Positions 58,992-64,000 of a stretch of 64,000 nucleotides of DNA are shown in pieces. How positions within the stretch are numbered: position 1 is the first letter of the stretch; each line of letters opens with the position of its first letter. The position numbers and the translations under genes were made by a program. The notes under the pieces were generated by a model. That model made no database searches. It was not told where the DNA came from and saw only the letters and a list, made by a program, of their open reading frames with translations. The DNA is taken from NCBI GenBank assembly GCA_036676395.1, contig JAKFCY010000002.1, positions 1,248,001-1,312,000 of the forward strand. The letters run 5' to 3'. The stretch is from Bdellovibrio sp. Its GTDB lineage: Bacteria > Bdellovibrionota > Bdellovibrionia > Bdellovibrionales > Bdellovibrionaceae.

Positions 58992-61052
58992 TTACTGACC
59001 AGGGCAAAGAAAAGCAGCCTTCGGCCCTTTTTCAACACCTGGAACACAGAAGACAGCTGTTCCGTCATTTAATGATCGGTATTCAACAGCATTTTCGCCG
59101 AGTGATTTTTTGCTGGCTGCATTTAAAAAGTCTACATATTGATTAGCCGTGGCTGCATCCCAATAAGTAGGGCTGATGTGGCTATTTTTAGTCGGGATAA
59201 TCTGCGACGCCGCCAGCATAAGATGACCGTTAGTGTACGAGTAATAATTTTTAACGAACAAGCCAAAGCGGTTCCATAATGGAAACTCGCTCGAACTGTA
59301 GTTTTTGCCACCTAAGAATAGTAAATTACCCAAACTGTAGGCCACAAAACTTTTTTGATTAAACTCGATCGGGCGTACATTATGCGTATGGTGACCGATA
59401 ACTAAATCAACGGCGTAACTTTTAATTAAGGCCATTTTAGCTTCGATATTACGGTTTTCTGAACGTTGACGTTGTTTACCGTCTTTAGTTAAAGCCGTAT
59501 CATCATCAGGTTTTTCGCCATTTTTTGTGTACACAGATAATTCCATACCTTCATGAATAGAAACGATACGTAAATCAGCCGGAGTATTTTTTAGAGCTTC
59601 TAAAACGATTTTTAAATCTGCATATTCAGGGCAGGGAACCATGGCTCTTTCGGCTTTGCCATTTTTGCACATACGCACAGATAACATTCCGTTCGTATCT
59701 TGAGTAGGAGCCCAAGAGGTCTCCCAGTGAGGGCGATCATCGCCTTTCATTCCAATAGCTACAAAAGCAATACGTAAACCGTTCACTTCCATAATTTGCG
59801 GAAGAACAGTCTCTTGTAAAGTGCCAAGACCTGATAAATAAACTTGTTTGCCCGCTCTGGCTTGAATGTCTTTAAGATGAGCAACAGTTTCGTCAATGCC
59901 GGCCTGGTCATAATCATAGGCATGATTATTTGCTGAAGAGATCATATTAAAGCCCGCTTGATTTACTAAATATTCAACACCTTTGGGATGACTTTTTTGT
60001 GGATATTTTTTGCCCTCGATAATTGGCAGTTGCGCATTTGTTTTATCAGAAACAACGCTTTCTAAATTCATAAAATTTAAATCATTGCCTGCAGTCATCT
60101 TTTTAAGACCGACAGTCATTTGCTCCCAAGTCTGAAAAGAACTGTAAGTGCTTCCGGTGGCATTTAGTTTATCAGAACCAGGGCGTGAAAGACTTACGTC
60201 TCCGCCCATGCCGATCACGATTTCTTGTGTTACTGATTGTGGTTTGCGGTCAGTTAAATAAGTTTCTGGATTTTGCAAGTTTTCATAAGTTAGAAGACCT
60301 TTTGTGTATTTTGCATATTCTAGCACTGATAAACGACGGCCGATATCTTGCGAAATTTTATAGATTTCAGATGCGGCTTCAACACCGACGTATCTCCAGT
60401 GCCAAGGTTCAAAATTGTATTGCGTGATCGGGTTGGTCTCAACTTTCAAATTTTTTGAATAGCGCGGGTAACTCATGGCGATTCCATAGTTATGGGCATT
60501 GTTTAAAAGCCATTCATACTCTTTACATTTATTCTGAGGGCAGCGCTCTTTAATATCTGGGTAAGACAGGGTCGGGCCAAGGCTTGGGTAAACTAAATCA
60601 AACGTCGCCCCTAATTGGTGTTCGCTGCGGCCAGGAACAGCACTGATACTTTGAACGTAAGCCGTTAGCTCTTCTTCAGTTTTGAATTTATCTTTAAATT
60701 TTGGAAATTTACTGGCGTATGTTGAACACTGAGAATCAAAACTTCTGTAGCCTGAATAAATCTTAATAGTTACGTCAGAGGCTTTAGCGGCAGTCGTCAT
60801 TGCGATAAAAGCCTGAAGCACTTCGTTGCGCAATTTTTCGTTAGAGCCTGACTTGTTCCAAGTAAGATCTTTCGGTACAGAAACTAAATCAGTCGGGGTG
60901 TAAGAGCGTTTTAATTTATGAGCTTCTTCTTTGCTGATTAAAGCTAGATAATCAGAGCCATCTTGTTTGCCATCATCAATACAATATTTCGAGGCTGCGA
61001 ATGCATTTAAACTTGTTGATATAAATAATGTTGTTAGTAAAAGTTTTTTCAT
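58992..61052 (-). CDS. Secreted fusion: VanY/M15B D,D-carboxypeptidase + CapA (PGA_cap) metallophosphoesterase
   Basis: 'SGYRS..SQ', 'PGRSEHQLG..FD', 'EPWHWRYVG'; then 'GGDV', 'NLES', 'ANNHAYDY', 'SIHEG', 'GHHTH', 'YSLGN'. Confidence 0.9.
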   Translation of the reverse strand: MKKLLLTTLFISTSLNAFAASKYCIDDGKQDGSDYLALISKEEAHKLKRSYTPTDLVSVPKDLTWNKSGSNEKLRNEVLQAFIAMTTAAKASDVTIKIYSGYRSFDSQCSTYASKFPKFKDKFKTEEELTAYVQSISAVPGRSEHQLGATFDLVYPSLGPTLSYPDIKERCPQNKCKEYEWLLNNAHNYGIAMSYPRYSKNLKVETNPITQYNFEPWHWRYVGVEAASEIYKISQDIGRRLSVLEYAKYTKGLLTYENLQNPETYLTDRKPQSVTQEIVIGMGGDVSLSRPGSDKLNATGSTYSSFQTWEQMTVGLKKMTAGNDLNFMNLESVVSDKTNAQLPIIEGKKYPQKSHPKGVEYLVNQAGFNMISSANNHAYDYDQAGIDETVAHLKDIQARAGKQVYLSGLGTLQETVLPQIMEVNGLRIAFVAIGMKGDDRPHWETSWAPTQDTNGMLSVRMCKNGKAERAMVPCPEYADLKIVLEALKNTPADLRIVSIHEGMELSVYTKNGEKPDDDTALTKDGKQRQRSENRNIEAKMALIKSYAVDLVIGHHTHNVRPIEFNQKSFVAYSLGNLLFLGGKNYSSSEFPLWNRFGLFVKNYYSYTNGHLMLAASQIIPTKNSHISPTYWDAATANQYVDFLNAASKKSLGENAVEYRSLNDGTAVFCVPGVEKGPKAAFLCPGQ

Positions 61053-61053
61053 A

Positions 61054-62241
61054 TTATTTAACCTTTTCTAATAAGTAAGCTCTGCGCTCATCGATTTGTT
61101 TTTTGCGTTTTAAAAATAAATTTTGAATTTCTGCTTTTGTGTATGGAATATTCTTGCGGCTAACATCCTGAGATCCCATTTGCAAAATTTCAGGGTTGGT
61201 TAAGTACTCAGAAATTTCGCTATGTAACTGAGTTAATAATTTATCAGTCGTGCTTTGATTTAGGCGGTTTACTAACAGGTCAAACATTGTAAATTTAAAT
61301 TGCGAATACATATAGACATTGCTCGGTGAAAAAGCGCGGTCTAAACGATCTTCGTAGCTATACAAGATAGAATCTTTATTTTCTGGTTTGGCCGCTTCGG
61401 TTGCATTGGTTGTTACCCCATGCATTGGTTTAAATAAGTCATCAAAATCCCAAGGTACTACGCGAAAGTAGATTTTACCTTGTTTGTACATATCGCCATC
61501 AACATAGAAAAAAATCTCATCTGGATAATCACCGTTGGTATAAAGTGAATTCATCGCCATCCAACGCATGTAAGCATCTATATCCATTTTTTGTTTTAGA
61601 CTATTTAAAAGAGGGGCGTCTTTTTTTGTCGCTACATCTGTATAAATTGAATCTGCAACAGCTTTAATTTCTGCCACTTGCTCTGGTGTTAATTTTTTAG
61701 AGATATCAGCATCGTCATGAAATAAACGCGATTTATACCCGCGGCGCACAACATAAGGGCTGTTCGCTGATATTGCCGCTTTTGGTTTTTCAACAACGGC
61801 ATATAGGCCGTTGGTTTTGCCGTTAATTTTTACTTCAACATATTCAGTAGGTAATGGAGTTCCGATATTTAATAATTCGGCAGTCATGATTCCTAAGCGA
61901 GACGAAATGTAGCCCGGATCTGCTGACATACTTAATAAGTTGATTTTTTTGGCTTCAAGGCGGCCCAGTTGAATTTTTTGCGTTAGTTTTAATCCGAAGT
62001 TTTTACGACGGTAACCAAGCGAGCCTTGGCCGCGTGTTTCCATTTCTTCGGCAAGAATCGGAATTTCTCTGTTTAATTTAAACTGAGTTTGAGCAAAAAT
62101 GTATTTTTCTGCATTGCCTTTGTAAAGAGCCAGATCATTCGAATTTACAGAAAGTTCAATAACGTTGTAAGCAAAGGCTGACGACACAAAAGTAATCTGC
62201 GCTAAAGCGATTAAAATGCCTTTTTTAAAACCCTGTGTCAT
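61054..62241 (-). CDS. Secreted CotH-family protein kinase
   Basis: Signal AFA-Y, 'RGQGS..RRKNF', 'NGLYAVVE', 'NGD', 'PWDFDDLF'. Confidence 0.82.
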   Translation of the reverse strand: MTQGFKKGILIALAQITFVSSAFAYNVIELSVNSNDLALYKGNAEKYIFAQTQFKLNREIPILAEEMETRGQGSLGYRRKNFGLKLTQKIQLGRLEAKKINLLSMSADPGYISSRLGIMTAELLNIGTPLPTEYVEVKINGKTNGLYAVVEKPKAAISANSPYVVRRGYKSRLFHDDADISKKLTPEQVAEIKAVADSIYTDVATKKDAPLLNSLKQKMDIDAYMRWMAMNSLYTNGDYPDEIFFYVDGDMYKQGKIYFRVVPWDFDDLFKPMHGVTTNATEAAKPENKDSILYSYEDRLDRAFSPSNVYMYSQFKFTMFDLLVNRLNQSTTDKLLTQLHSEISEYLTNPEILQMGSQDVSRKNIPYTKAEIQNLFLKRKKQIDERRAYLLEKVK

Positions 62242-62374
62242 TGTGTCACTCCTTAAGAAAAGTTCCTCAAGGATTACAAGTGCATAGGCTGTTCCGTTTA
62301 ATGCGCATTAAGCTTACGAATAGCTATGTCAAATTAAGACGGCGCTGTTAAAGGTCATCGTAGCTGTTAGCTTT

Positions 62375-62404
62375 TTGACAGCTGTCTCATTTTGAGATTA
62401 TGCT
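62375..62404 (+). promoter_or_regulatory. sigma70-like lysC promoter with a palindrome in the spacer
   Basis: TTGACA-N18-TATGCT enclosing TCTCA-ttt-TGAGA (62385-62397). Confidence 0.55.
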
Positions 62405-62431
62405 AAAACCCTGTTAAAAGTGGAGTTTATT

Positions 62432-63787
62432 ATGTCTTTAGTTGTTTCAAAATTCGGTGGCACTTCAATGGGTAATGCAGAATGCATGTTACGTTCGGCA
62501 GACGTTTCGGTGCAGCAGAACTCTTATGTGATCTGTGTATCTGCAACTTCAGGTTCAACTAATCAACTCATCGCTTTAGGTCAGACTGCAGAAAAGGGTC
62601 AATCAGACCAAGTGCAAAAATTGGCTTCAGAACTTATCGCCAAACACCAACACATCGCTAAAGACTTAGGCCTGCCGCAGGATCACGCCCCACTTTCAGT
62701 GTTATTTGAAGAAATATTATCTATCGCAAAAGGCATGCAATTATTAAAAGATTGTTCTCCGCGCGCTTTAGATATTTTATTAAGTCTTGGTGAGCGTACG
62801 TCGTCAGCCTTGTTTGCGCAGGCGATGAAAGCAGCCTTGGCTAAAGCCGGTGTAAAAAAAGAAGTCATTTTATTTGATGCGCGAGAAGTGATTGTGACAG
62901 ATGACCAATTTGGTAAAGCGCGCCCGCAAATTGCAAAAATTTATGAATTAGCCCAAAAAGAAATCTTACAAAAATACCCGCAAGAAAAATACGTGATCGT
63001 CACTCAAGGTTATATCGGTAAAAGTTTATCAGGGCATTCAACAACATTAGGTCGCGGTGGCAGCGATTATTCAGCAGCGCTATTCGCTGAAGGCTTAGAT
63101 GCAACGACTTTAGAAATTTGGACAGACGTAACGGGGATTGCAACGACCGATCCGCGCATCTGTAAAGAAGCTAAATTTATTGATGAAATTTCATTTAAAG
63201 AAGCTTCAGAGATGGCGATCTTTGGCGCCAAAGTTTTGCATCCGGCCACTGTTGAACCTGCCATGCGAAAAAATATTCCAGTATTCGTAGGTTCAAGTTT
63301 TGATCCGCAGAAAAAAGGCACCTGGGTTCGTAAAGAAGTAAAACAAGCTCCTTTGATGCGCGCCCTTGCTTTAAGAAAAAATCAAAGTTTAGTCACCTTA
63401 TCAACGCCAGAGATGTTACAAACGCATGGTTTTCTGTTTAAAATTTTTAAAGTCTTCAATGATCACTCAGTTTCGATTGATGCGATCACAACCTCTGAGA
63501 TTTCAGTTTCGGTAACGATTGATGGCGAGATCCTTGCTGATTCAAAGTTAGTGCAGGATCTAAGACAATTTGCCGAAGTGCAGATCGAATGTGGTTATAG
63601 TTTAGTTTCGTTGATCGGGAATAACATTAATCACACGGCAGGCTTAGCGAAAAAAATCTTTACAGCCATCGAAGATATCAACGTCAGAATGATTTGCTTA
63701 GGCGCCAGTAAACATAACTTTTGTTTCTTGGTCGAGGGCACTCACGGTGATAAAGCCATTCAGAAATTACACAGCGAATTCATTTAG
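62432..63787 (+). CDS. lysC: Aspartokinase (lysine-sensitive type III)
   Basis: 'VSKFGGTS', 'TTLGRGGSDYSA', 'IWTDV', 'FGAKVLHP', two ACT domains; GGAG SD before ATG 62432. Confidence 0.95.
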   Translation: MSLVVSKFGGTSMGNAECMLRSADVSVQQNSYVICVSATSGSTNQLIALGQTAEKGQSDQVQKLASELIAKHQHIAKDLGLPQDHAPLSVLFEEILSIAKGMQLLKDCSPRALDILLSLGERTSSALFAQAMKAALAKAGVKKEVILFDAREVIVTDDQFGKARPQIAKIYELAQKEILQKYPQEKYVIVTQGYIGKSLSGHSTTLGRGGSDYSAALFAEGLDATTLEIWTDVTGIATTDPRICKEAKFIDEISFKEASEMAIFGAKVLHPATVEPAMRKNIPVFVGSSFDPQKKGTWVRKEVKQAPLMRALALRKNQSLVTLSTPEMLQTHGFLFKIFKVFNDHSVSIDAITTSEISVSVTIDGEILADSKLVQDLRQFAEVQIECGYSLVSLIGNNINHTAGLAKKIFTAIEDINVRMICLGASKHNFCFLVEGTHGDKAIQKLHSEFI

Positions 63788-64000
63788 TAATTCATTCGTA
63801 GTGGATGATGCGATCGCTTATTTGACCGCGTTGCTCAGGCCAACCGCAGAATATTGAATCAACCTTTGTTTGAAAAAACGCTTCGTGTTAAAAATAATTT
63901 TGCATATATCTTAAGCTAATCCATAAGTTTTGTTTATGCTAGAGAACACTTCTCATTATCTTTCGTGATGAAACCCAATTATTTTGCATTAGGTGCCAAC

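Noticed and set aside
62242..62431. Lysine riboswitch upstream of lysC
   Set aside because: A promoter-like element sits about 30 nt from the start, leaving no room, and no L-box motifs are visible.
63788..64000. CDS at the right edge
   Set aside because: The frames I checked are interrupted by stops; at most a few terminal codons of a minus-strand gene are present.

Overview
AT-rich chromosomal window from a Bdellovibrionota-type predator, probably Bdellovibrionaceae. This is inferred from gene families: two giant S74-chaperoned fibre proteins, a second MreB, a DUF4423-type HTH protein next to a GNGG-motif secreted protein, and FliA/sigma54-type promoters. The left half is mostly housekeeping (metF-metH, H+/Na+-PPase, dps, trmO, spoU, metG, mreB2, xerD, comM, tRNA-Cys), interrupted by a DUF4258-HTH toxin-antitoxin pair and an ECF-sigma/anti-sigma-linked heavy-metal cassette without merR/merA. 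An integrase-less islet follows tRNA-Cys and carries a Sec-exported, teneurin-like RHS protein with a Sel1-repeat partner, followed by a nemRA-like operon. The right half holds a divergent PEP carboxylase, two paralogous mosaic fibre adhesins with sigma28-like promoters directly before their start codons, and an operon pairing a secreted CotH kinase with a VanY-carboxypeptidase/CapA-phosphoesterase fusion. Non-coding signals include a dispersed ~43-bp ACA-N-TGT-centred palindrome family, a perfect 32-bp palindrome at the comM start, duplicated gene 3' ends and a recurrent TCTCA-N3-TGAGA motif. All family calls come from motif recognition by eye; no database searches were run.
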